Assembly: GCA_016182555.1 (NCBI GenBank) | Contig: JACPGJ010000007.1 | Coordinates: forward strand, 64,053 to 128,052 | Direction: 5' to 3' | DNA: 64,000 nucleotides | Source: Candidatus Kerfeldbacteria bacterium | GTDB lineage: Bacteria; Patescibacteriota; Patescibacteriia; UBA9570; XYC2-FULL-38-9 | Part shown: in pieces, positions 39,075 through 47,956 of the stretch | How positions within the stretch are numbered: position 1 is the stretch's first letter | How the letters are laid out: each line of letters opens with the position of its first letter | Notes under the pieces: model-generated | The model's input: only the letters and a program-made list of their open reading frames with translations | Database searches by the model: none | Told to the model about the DNA's origin: nothing | Position numbers and translations under genes: made by a program

Positions 39075-40492
39075 GTACGGATACCAAAAAACCAATCTTT
39101 GGTGCGCTTAATAAAGACACATTCAACCACCGCAATGACAGCGAATACGCAAAAAAAGCGCAGCGTGGATTGAGCGAAGAATTAGTGCGCAAAATTTCCC
39201 GTGATAAAAACGAACCGGAGTGGATGCTGGAGCTACGGTTAGAAGGCTTGCGTTTGTTTCAAGAAAAACCACTGCCAAACTGGGGGCCAGATTTAGGCGC
39301 GCTGCGTTTTGATGAAATTATTTACTATGCGTCCGCTGATGAAAAAACGGATGGCGAAAATCGTTCATGGAAAGAGGTGCCTGCCGATATTAAAAAAACA
39401 TTTGACCGGCTAGGAATTCCTGAAGCGGAAAAACAGATGCTCGCTGGCGTTGGCGCACAATATGAATCGGAAACCGTGTATCACCGCTTGAAACGTGAAT
39501 GGGAAGAACAAGGGGTCATTTTTGAAGATATGGATGTCGCGTTACAAAAACATACTGAGTTGGTACGTGAATATTTTATGAAGTGCGTGCCACCGGGTGA
39601 CCACAAATTCGCGGCATTGCATGCGGCAGTGTGGTCGGGGGGAACGTTTTTATATGTGCCAGCCGGTGTACGCGTCACGCAACCGTTGCAAGCCTACTTC
39701 CGAATGAATGCGAAAAACATGGGCCAGTTTGAACATACACTGATGATTATTGAAGATGGCGCGGACGCCCACTACATTGAAGGGTGCTCGGCTCCAAAAT
39801 ACGGCGCGAATTCCTTACATGCTGGCTGTGTTGAGATATTTGTAAAACCAGGGGCACGGATGCGGTATTCTTCCGTAGAAAATTGGAGTTCCGATACCTA
39901 TAACCTCAACACCAAACGTGCCATGGTGCAGGAAGATGGGCATATGGAATGGGTGGGTGGAAATATGGGCAGCGGCGTCACTATGCTCTACCCCTGTTCG
40001 ATACTGCTCGGGCGGCGTGCGCATGCCGAACATTTGGGAATTGCGTTTGCCGGTGCTGGCCAAATTCAAGATACCGGCGCGAAAGTATATCATTCTGCTT
40101 CAGATACCACTTCCAATATTGTGATGAAAAGTGTTTCGAAAGACGGCGGGCGTTCCGTGTACCGTGGCTTGGTGCAAGTAGCGCCACACGCGGAAGCCGT
40201 AGTTTCCAATGTGAAATGTGATGCATTGATTTTGGATGACCATTCATTTTCAGATACGATTCCGTGCATGAAAATTCAAAATAATACCGCCTCAGTCACA
40301 CACGAAGCATCAGCCGGGCGTGTTTCTGAAGAAGATGTATTTTATTTACAAACACGGGGTCTTTCGGCAGATGAAGCGACATCCATGGTGGTGAATGGAT
40401 TCATTGAACCCATTGTAAAACAGTTGCCGCTGGAATACGCGGTCGAGATGAATAGGTTAATTGAACTGGAGATGGAAGGATCCGTTGGGTAA
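39071..40492 (+). CDS. sufB: Fe-S assembly protein SufB
   Basis: LGIPEAE, GQFEHTL, HYIEGC, LPLEYAVEMN. Confidence 0.96.
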   Translation: MSTDTKKPIFGALNKDTFNHRNDSEYAKKAQRGLSEELVRKISRDKNEPEWMLELRLEGLRLFQEKPLPNWGPDLGALRFDEIIYYASADEKTDGENRSWKEVPADIKKTFDRLGIPEAEKQMLAGVGAQYESETVYHRLKREWEEQGVIFEDMDVALQKHTELVREYFMKCVPPGDHKFAALHAAVWSGGTFLYVPAGVRVTQPLQAYFRMNAKNMGQFEHTLMIIEDGADAHYIEGCSAPKYGANSLHAGCVEIFVKPGARMRYSSVENWSSDTYNLNTKRAMVQEDGHMEWVGGNMGSGVTMLYPCSILLGRRAHAEHLGIAFAGAGQIQDTGAKVYHSASDTTSNIVMKSVSKDGGRSVYRGLVQVAPHAEAVVSNVKCDALILDDHSFSDTIPCMKIQNNTASVTHEASAGRVSEEDVFYLQTRGLSADEATSMVVNGFIEPIVKQLPLEYAVEMNRLIELEMEGSVG

Positions 40493-40501
40493 TCTGTCCG
40501 C

Positions 40502-40574
40502 AGGCCTCTCGCATGAGTGCCCCCTCACTAACCGCTAATCGCTGAATCGTTCGGGAGCACTCATGCTGCGGCCT
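40502..40574. repeat. Palindromic intergenic element between sufB and sufD
   Basis: AGGCC..GCATGAGTGC ... GCACTCATGC..GGCCT. Confidence 0.65.
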
Positions 40575-40596
40575 ATGAAGCATATTTCAAACACCT

Positions 40597-41280
40597 ATGA
40601 ACACTACCATTGAAAAATTAACAAAAAAAAATCAAAACGTTGTTGTGCAAAACGGAGAACAATGTGATCTTGTTATTATTCATAACGAGCAACTACAAGA
40701 ACCAATCACGAAAAAATTTGTGGTATCGGCAGGTGCACGCCTTCGTGTGTTGACTGTACTCGCTGCATCGGTAGACATAACGATGGACGCACAACTCCTC
40801 GGTGACGGAGCGGTGTATGAACACCGGGTGATCTATTTTGGTACCGACAAAGACCGAATGCGAATTCGTATGACATCTGTTCACCAAGGAAAAAATACCA
40901 TGGCACGCATGCTCATTCGCGGTATTGCTCTGAAAGCTGCGCATATCGATTTTGCTGGCATGATTGATATTGCCGCAAGCGGAAATGGAACAGATGCTCG
41001 CTTAGAGCACGAAGGTTTACTCATGAGTAAAAAAGCACGCATTGATGCACTCCCCGGTTTTGAAATTGCCACAAATACTGTTAAAGCCGCGCATAGCTCT
41101 GCAGTACACTATCTTCGGCCTGAACAATTATTTTATTTACAATCTCGAGGTATTGACCAACGAGCAGCATCTCAGATGATTGTGTCTGGTTTTTTTGATG
41201 AAATGATGAACACCCTGGGTGAGAGTGAAGTACGCACACACATTCAACAGCTCCTCGCAGAAAAACAACAGCTCCTGTAA
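40597..41280 (+). CDS. sufD: Short SufD-like protein
   Basis: VKAAHSSAV, QLFYLQSRGI; position in the suf operon. Confidence 0.85.
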   Translation: MNTTIEKLTKKNQNVVVQNGEQCDLVIIHNEQLQEPITKKFVVSAGARLRVLTVLAASVDITMDAQLLGDGAVYEHRVIYFGTDKDRMRIRMTSVHQGKNTMARMLIRGIALKAAHIDFAGMIDIAASGNGTDARLEHEGLLMSKKARIDALPGFEIATNTVKAAHSSAVHYLRPEQLFYLQSRGIDQRAASQMIVSGFFDEMMNTLGESEVRTHIQQLLAEKQQLL

Positions 41281-41289
41281 TATATCGTT

Positions 41290-42504
41290 ATGGAAAGAAT
41301 ACTCACAAAAAAAATTCAACAAGATTTTCCGCTATTACAACGTGGCGTAGCGTACTTGGATAATGCTTCCACGACACAAAAACCACAGGCAGTACTCGAC
41401 GCCATGAATGCCTACTACACCGAATGTTGCGCCAATGTCCACCGCGGAATTTATGCTATCAGCGAAGATGCATCAGCCCGATTTGAAGCGGTGCGTGACC
41501 AAGTACAACAATTTATTGGGGCGGGGCATCGCGAAGAAATTATTTTCACCTCTGGCACAACTGCTTCGCTCAATATGATTGCACGCATGCTGGGAGCAAC
41601 TTGTTCTGCTGGTGATGAAATTATTCTCACGGAAATGGAACACCATGCCAATCTTATTCCGTGGCAAATCGTAGCTCGTGAACGTGGGTTGAAGTTACAA
41701 TTTTTACGCGCACGAGAAGATGGTGAAATCTATGCAGAAGACCTTCAAGCATTATGTACTCCACGCACAAAAATATTTGCGCTCACGCATCTCTCCAACG
41801 CATCTGGATACCGCACTCCCCTTGCCGAATTAACGCGGCTTGCTCATGAACAGCATCTCCTGGTTGTTGTCGATGCAGCGCAAAGTGTTCCACACATACC
41901 AATCAATGTGGCCGAACTAGATATCGATTTTCTCACATTCTCGGCACACAAAATGTGCGGGCCAACAGGTGTTGGTGTGTTGTATGGCAAAAAAGCATTA
42001 CTCGAACGATTGGAACCGGCGTTCGGCGGTGGGCACATGATCGCGCACGTTACATTAGAAGGATCTACCTGGGCAGAACTGCCCATGAAGCTTGAACCAG
42101 GCACGCCAAACATTGCTGGCATTATCGGTTTTGGTGCCGCACTCACCTATCTTTCACAGATTGGTATGCAGGCTATTGAGCAACACATCCATCAACTGCA
42201 TACAGATGCACTAAAAAAATTAACAGCACTGCCTGGTATACGTATTCTCGGGCCAAAAGATCACTCTACGATAACCGGCATTCTCTCTTTTGCGGTGAAC
42301 GGTATTCACCCGCATGATATTGCATCAGTCTTAGACAATGAAGGCGTGGCTGTGCGTGCTGGACACCATTGTGCGCAACCGCTCATGACTGCCTGGGGAG
42401 TATCCGCCACAACACGTGCGAGTTTCTACTTCTATAATACAGAAGAAGACGTCAATCGGTTCATTGCAGCTATCCAAAAAACACAACAATTATTTTTACC
42501 GTAA
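41290..42504 (+). CDS. sufS: Cysteine desulfurase SufS
   Basis: YLDNAST, SAHKMCGP, RAGHHCAQP. Confidence 0.96.
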   Translation: MERILTKKIQQDFPLLQRGVAYLDNASTTQKPQAVLDAMNAYYTECCANVHRGIYAISEDASARFEAVRDQVQQFIGAGHREEIIFTSGTTASLNMIARMLGATCSAGDEIILTEMEHHANLIPWQIVARERGLKLQFLRAREDGEIYAEDLQALCTPRTKIFALTHLSNASGYRTPLAELTRLAHEQHLLVVVDAAQSVPHIPINVAELDIDFLTFSAHKMCGPTGVGVLYGKKALLERLEPAFGGGHMIAHVTLEGSTWAELPMKLEPGTPNIAGIIGFGAALTYLSQIGMQAIEQHIHQLHTDALKKLTALPGIRILGPKDHSTITGILSFAVNGIHPHDIASVLDNEGVAVRAGHHCAQPLMTAWGVSATTRASFYFYNTEEDVNRFIAAIQKTQQLFLP

Positions 42505-42896
42505 TGAATATTTACCAAGAAGAAATTTTGGAACATTATCGACATCCACACAATACCGGGCAGCTTGAACATGCGGATGTGGTCCAACAAGAGTACAATC
42601 CGTTTTGTGGTGATAAGTTGACGCTATACTTAACATTTGTTGATAACAAAGTTGCAGAAGTGCGTTTTATGGGTGAAGGCTGTGCAATCAGCCAAGCCGC
42701 TACATCCATGCTAACCGATAAAATTGCAGGAATGACACGCAAACAGATTCAACAACTGACGAAAGAAGATGTGCTCCAACTACTTGGTATTGAACTTGGC
42801 CCCACACGTCTGAAATGCGCCCTGCTCTCTTTGCAGGGAATACACCACGCGATACAGCAGGCACCTACTCCAACGAGCAAGGATGTCACTGCATAA
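42504..42896 (+). CDS. sufU: SufU/NifU-type scaffold or sulfur-transfer protein
   Basis: NPFCGD, GCAISQA, RLKCA. Confidence 0.9.
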   Translation: MNIYQEEILEHYRHPHNTGQLEHADVVQQEYNPFCGDKLTLYLTFVDNKVAEVRFMGEGCAISQAATSMLTDKIAGMTRKQIQQLTKEDVLQLLGIELGPTRLKCALLSLQGIHHAIQQAPTPTSKDVTA

Positions 42897-43060
42897 TCAC
42901 CCAAGCCAATGACCCGGGCTACTATCGCACAGTCTGCTTCGCCTAATGCTTAAAAAATCATAAACTCCCCTATTCCATTGGGTTTTTTCATATTCCCGTT
43001 TGGCATAAAAACGTTGCCGATGTACCATGTACAATGAAAGAAAATTTATTGAGGAGGACC

Positions 43061-43300
43061 ATGGAAAAAAGTATCTATTCTGCAGAGCACAAATTTCTTG
43101 TGCAACAATTACAACACGCACGAAAAGACGCAGGGTTAAGCCAGAAGGACGCGGCCAGACTACTTGAAAAAACCCAATCCTACATTTCTAAAGTCGAATC
43201 TGGTCAAAGCCGTATTGATATTATCGAACTACAACATTTTGCGGCAATCTATAAAAAACCACTTGATTTTTTTATTGCCAATTCTGAATTGCTGGGCTAA
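43061..43300 (+). CDS. XRE-family HTH regulator
   Basis: GAGGAGG RBS; ARKDAGLSQ...QSYISKVESG. Confidence 0.88.
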   Translation: MEKSIYSAEHKFLVQQLQHARKDAGLSQKDAARLLEKTQSYISKVESGQSRIDIIELQHFAAIYKKPLDFFIANSELLG

Positions 43301-43303
43301 GAT

Positions 43304-43343
43304 TTGCTCCGTGTACGGAACGATATTCGAACGTATTTACAAA
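43304..43343 (+). repeat. att-like junction 1 (40-bp direct repeat)
   Basis: TTGCTCCGTGTACGGAACGATATTCGAAC(G)TATTTACAAA; 39/40 identical to 47882-47921. Confidence 0.85.
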
Positions 43344-43408
43344 TATTGTGACTGTGTCAAAAAAAGGGGGCTCTCAATCTTCATGCGATGGAGAGCCCCT
43401 ATTTGGGC

Positions 43409-43717
43409 CTAGCCGTCCGTGTCCTCCTCCTCTATGATACCCTCTATGCCATCCTCCGTTTCCGTGTTCCAAAATTCGCTGCACTTGCGATTGGGCCGAA
43501 AAGATTGCACGTACATTTTGTTGGACCCAGACGCTTTTGGCTCAATGACGGGAGCACAATCGCGGTCTGGAAAATCTTCACGGATAGCATTACACACTGA
43601 ATCCGGGTCCTCAATGATGCGCCGCGCCTCTTCGACGGAGAGAGGCGGGCCATCCACGAATGCCCCCGTAAAATTTTGGTCTACGGGATAGACTTTTGTA
43701 GACTTACTTTTGTGCAT
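43409..43717 (-). CDS. Small hypothetical protein, GC-richer
   Basis: GGGAGG RBS before MHKSK; followed by an AGGGGGCTCTC..GAGAGCCCCT hairpin. Confidence 0.55.
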   Translation of the reverse strand: MHKSKSTKVYPVDQNFTGAFVDGPPLSVEEARRIIEDPDSVCNAIREDFPDRDCAPVIEPKASGSNKMYVQSFRPNRKCSEFWNTETEDGIEGIIEEEDTDG

Positions 43718-44340
43718 CGCAAACCTCCCTTGATACCACATTTATGCTCCAGTTGTGGAGCCTGCAAATACTGCAAGCAACCGTCCGAAGCTCCCTTATT
43801 TTACCAGCAAGGTCAAGACCCTGCAAAATCACGCACCTATCCAGATCATAATCAAAATTTGCAGCAAGTCAGGGCACACATACCGCACGCGACGGCGGTA
43901 TTGCCTGCAACTTGGCCTCGTTAGAAAACGGCCTTGCCCTTCACTGGAAGAGCAAGGCCTGACTCCCGCGCGATCACAGGCTTGTTATCAGGAACACAAT
44001 ACCACATAACATAGCGATAGCAATGAGGATGACGATGAAGGTTCTCATCTGCCTCATGAAGCGCTCGTGGTTTCTCGCAGTAACCTGCTCGCGGATCTTG
44101 TCAGAAAGCTCAAGGTCTCTTATATATTAAAAAAAAATCATCACGGTCCGAATCGTGCTGTTTCATTTTGCCTCCCACTTTGCGACAAGTGATGCTACGT
44201 CGTACCACGACCGAAGGGAGATCAGAAGCGAAGTACGATGCAGTCACCTATCGTCATATTATCATCCTACTGCAAAACGATCAATCGAAATGACCATGCA
44301 TGCCTTATTGAACTACATGAATAATATGTTATATCAGCGC

Positions 44341-44907
44341 TCATAGAATTGATGTTACTATTTTTTGCATACAATAATCAAAATCCATATCCGTGGTATT
44401 CAGAATCGTGTGTGGCACACTACTCTGTTGTACCTGTTCCATCAACCATCGTTGCTGGTTTGTGTAATACGAAATAATTTCTTCTCGATTTCCTTTTGAC
44501 TCTACATATTTTTGCCATGCTTGTTCGCGATGTTTCATTGCATCAAATATCCGTTGCGAAATTCGCTCTTCATCAATAGTGAACAGATACAGGTGCACAT
44601 CATGTTCGCGCAATAGATCTTCAATATCTTGAAAATCATGTATAGAACTCTGCGTTCGAAAAACATGTGTGAAATACAATCGATCAAAAATGAGTACATC
44701 AACATGCTGCTGCAGATACTGTTCTAAAATTTTTTTGAGATGTTGCTTAGCTATATCAACATCAGTGTTATGCAGAATGGGCATCAGTGTCTCTTCTTCA
44801 CCAATAACTGCATACGTCAAATTTTTCTCACGGCAATACTGAATGAGTAAATTGTTTATGATTGTTTTTCCACTCGTTGCAATTCCTTCAAGGATAATTA
44901 TTTTCAT
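44341..44907 (-). CDS. P-loop nucleoside/nucleotide kinase-like protein
   Basis: IIILEGIATSGKT; IFDR motif. Confidence 0.75.
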   Translation of the reverse strand: MKIIILEGIATSGKTIINNLLIQYCREKNLTYAVIGEEETLMPILHNTDVDIAKQHLKKILEQYLQQHVDVLIFDRLYFTHVFRTQSSIHDFQDIEDLLREHDVHLYLFTIDEERISQRIFDAMKHREQAWQKYVESKGNREEIISYYTNQQRWLMEQVQQSSVPHTILNTTDMDFDYCMQKIVTSIL

Positions 44908-45133
44908 AATTCATCTCGAACAGTCAAATAAATCAGCTCTGGTGGGATTTTTCGTACGTTCACTGTACTCTGACCAGCCATGTACAGTTTCACTAAACGA
45001 TGTAAACCATCAAGAATTCCCCACCTCCCTTTCTTGTTCTTCATGATATCTATTGGGTGTTGTGTATCAGCTTCAGCAATTTTACACCTCTTGTTCCTCT
45101 CAACTATATACTATGCTGAAGAAAATTCAATGC

Positions 45134-46148
45134 ATGTCTTATTCTCCTCTCATCAGTGTTATCATTCCAACATTCAATCGCAAACGCATTGTGCTTGAAG
45201 CTATTGAAAGTGTTCTGAAACAAAAACCACAGAACTATGAAGTGATTGTTGTTGATGACGGTTCAACCGATGGAACTGCTGAATATCTAGAATCATTGCA
45301 TCTTCCTGTCCGCATAATTTCAAAGCAGAATGGAGGCGTAGCAGCCACGCGTAACACAGGTATTCAAGCAGTTTTTACAGATGAATACATTAGCCATTAG
45401 CTCAAACGGGGTTATCGAACCAAAAACTCGCTTTGAACGAAACACTCCCGTTGCTCAACCGCGCTATCCTGCATTTGTAGAACACACCTCAATTCACATT
45501 TCGTCTGTGATGCTGAAAAAATCATTGCTTGATGAAGTAGGATTGTTTAATAAATCACTTCGTATTCATGAAGACAGTGAACTGTGGAATCGTATTGGAG
45601 AGAAATACGCATTTGGCTATATTGAACAGCCTCTTGTTGTATACAGATGGAAGGCTGATCCAGAGCATTTAATGAATGATAGGATAACTAGAGGGGGAGC
45701 AAATGAAAAAATACAAACATCGATTGATCTAGGTCAACTAAAAATACTCATTGATATATCAAACGAGGAAGATTATTTTGCTATAGTAGAAAAACTTCAC
45801 AATGCATTATTGACATTACAAAGTGAATGTGAACCTACCAAAGATAGGAAAACATATGTGATTACTGCTGCACGAGGTATCATTGCTTGTTTGGAAAAAA
45901 TGCCCCCAGTACATCGCAACAAAGAAGATAGATCATCTGGATTCGAATATGCAAAACAAATAAAAAGGAAGCTAATGAAAAAACATGGAGGATGTCTTGC
46001 TTGTGGTGGAGGAACTATGGGTGGAAGATCTCGACATGATGCTCCAATTGAACTTCATCACATGATTCCTCGCTCATATGGTGGCAATGACGAAGTAACA
46101 AACGCATTGCTGGTGTGCCGCAGTTGCCATGGGGAAATCCATGCATGA
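45134..46148 (+). pseudogene. Frameshifted GT2 glycosyltransferase fused to an HNH endonuclease domain
   Basis: SVIIPTFNR...VDDGSTD...RNTG in the first ORF; HEDSELW and CLACG...HHMIPRSYGG...N...CRSCH in the second; a 7-bp duplication (CATTAGC x2) separates the frames. Confidence 0.7.
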
Positions 46149-46326
46149 TAAACTTTTTTTATCTTTATGGAAAGAAATTTTTATACTCCGCAAAGAGAAA
46201 AAGCAAAACCAACAATAGAATTTTCAGAAAAATAATTTTTAGAGTTGCTAAAAGAAAAGTGGCCCTTCAGAACCACTGTTTATTTTATGCTCCCTAGATT
46301 ATATGCAACAAAAATGCTGACCTTAT

Positions 46327-47601
46327 TTAGGATGTCTTATCAAGCAGCCATTTCCAGAGCGGTTTGAACTGTATGGTTTTCCCATCCTTCTCCGTTTCTT
46401 GTTCCTCATCCCATGTAAGAACGCTCAGCTTGGATACCTTCAATTCTTCTCCGGCTTCGATCAAAGCTTTTGTTTCTCGTTGTTCAACGTCGGGATCCCT
46501 CAAATCGTAGCAGACTTGAATAAGTTCTGATGTTTGGTATCCATTCCGAATTGCAAAATCAACCTCCCGGCCATTGCGAGTTTTATAATAAAATAATTCC
46601 CGATTTGGTTCAAAACCTTTTTTTACTAATTCGGTGAAAACTAAATTCTCCATGAGTTTTCCATTGTCGGGAGAATGCTGAACAGCTTTAGACGCAATGA
46701 AGCCATTATCAACTGTGTAAATCTTTTTAGGCGAACGGAGGCGCTCTCCGGCTTTTGCGGAAAAACCGGAGAGAGAGAATACGATATATGCTTCCTCCAG
46801 ATATGTAAGATACTTCTCTAACGTTACATCGCTTTTAAATTTCAACACATTCGCAAGTTTCCGGAAACTGTATTGGCAGGAAATATTGTTTATCAAATAC
46901 GAGCCAAGCTGATCTATCTGTTCAGCAAAACGAACCTTGTGGCGCTTCACGACATCCTTAAACAGCAACGCGTCAAAGAGCACATCCAAATAGCCACGCG
47001 GATGCTGATGCTGATTTTTTATCACCACTTCAGGGAAGCCGCCGAATGCCATATATTGTTCCAGTAATTTCAAAAGTTCTGGCTTCTGATCAAACTGGGA
47101 AAAGTTTTTAGCTTTTAGAAATTCTTGAAAATCGAATGGCAATATTTCTATTGGCAGATGTCTGCCTGTCAAATGCGTTGCGAGTTCCATCGACAGAAGA
47201 TTGGCGTTTGATCCTGTTAAAACGAGATTGTATCCTTGACGATGCAGGCGATTGGCGAATAACTCCCAACCACGAAGATTTTGTATTTCATCAAACAAAA
47301 CAAATATAGTGTCTCCATAAAAATTGTGTAATTCATCAATAAGCTCATATAAATCCAATTTTTCTCCTACCAATACCGGATCATCAAAATTAAAGTAAAG
47401 AAAAGGCTTGCCCTTAAGTAGCATGAGGGAAAATACCGATTTTCCAGCACGGCGTGGGCCAAGCACTACCTTCACCAAAGGCGAGGACATCCATTCGATG
47501 GCTTTAGCTGTTTTGGTTCTTTCCACGTATTCCATACGCGCCAAGGCCTCTTTTTCTTGGCTTTGTTTAGCTATTACTTCCTTTAATAGACTTTTTTGCA
47601 T
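46327..47601 (-). CDS. AAA_14 ATPase with a DUF4143/PD-(D/E)xK-like C-terminus
   Basis: GPRRAGKS, FDEIQ, LTGSN, LTGR, GGFPE, MENLV, EVDF..ELIQV. Confidence 0.9.
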   Translation of the reverse strand: MQKSLLKEVIAKQSQEKEALARMEYVERTKTAKAIEWMSSPLVKVVLGPRRAGKSVFSLMLLKGKPFLYFNFDDPVLVGEKLDLYELIDELHNFYGDTIFVLFDEIQNLRGWELFANRLHRQGYNLVLTGSNANLLSMELATHLTGRHLPIEILPFDFQEFLKAKNFSQFDQKPELLKLLEQYMAFGGFPEVVIKNQHQHPRGYLDVLFDALLFKDVVKRHKVRFAEQIDQLGSYLINNISCQYSFRKLANVLKFKSDVTLEKYLTYLEEAYIVFSLSGFSAKAGERLRSPKKIYTVDNGFIASKAVQHSPDNGKLMENLVFTELVKKGFEPNRELFYYKTRNGREVDFAIRNGYQTSELIQVCYDLRDPDVEQRETKALIEAGEELKVSKLSVLTWDEEQETEKDGKTIQFKPLWKWLLDKTS

Positions 47602-47851
47602 AGTATTTTAATTATATTAAGCATTATTTGCCTTTTTTGCTTATTACAAGTATTATACTAAGCATAAAGGGAAAAGGCAAACGATCAATAAAATATCGGT
47701 AATAAAGAGAGAAATGACAAGAGTTTTTAAACACACCTCTTTGTCTCTCTATTATTTGAATGATGTGTAAATCTACATTTCTATATTAATACATTGATAT
47801 AAAGAAAATTTGATATACAACTTGTTTCGAACGTTCCACATTCAGTAATTT

Positions 47852-47878
47852 AAAAATGCCCGAAATATGGGCATTTTT
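47852..47878. terminator. Hairpin immediately left of junction 2
   Basis: AAAAATGCCC-GAAATAT-GGGCATTTTT. Confidence 0.7.
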
Positions 47879-47881
47879 ATC

Positions 47882-47921
47882 TTGCTCCGTGTACGGAACG
47901 ATATTCGAACTTATTTACAAA
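47882..47921 (+). repeat. att-like junction 2
   Basis: Second copy of the 40-bp repeat. Confidence 0.85.
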
Positions 47922-47956
47922 CTATTCCTTGCACAGCGGCGGTTTTCTTTTATTGA

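Noticed and set aside
42768-42800. GATGTGCTCC inside sufU matching the junction 3 core
   Set aside because: It lies within an intact conserved CDS, with no preceding hairpin and no T(T/C)CGAAC at the 11 or 16 spacing; likely chance.
43304-47921. 40-bp direct repeat read as a CRISPR array or IS ends
   Set aside because: Only two copies, 4.6 kb apart and in direct orientation, with no cas or transposase gene; att junctions explain it better.
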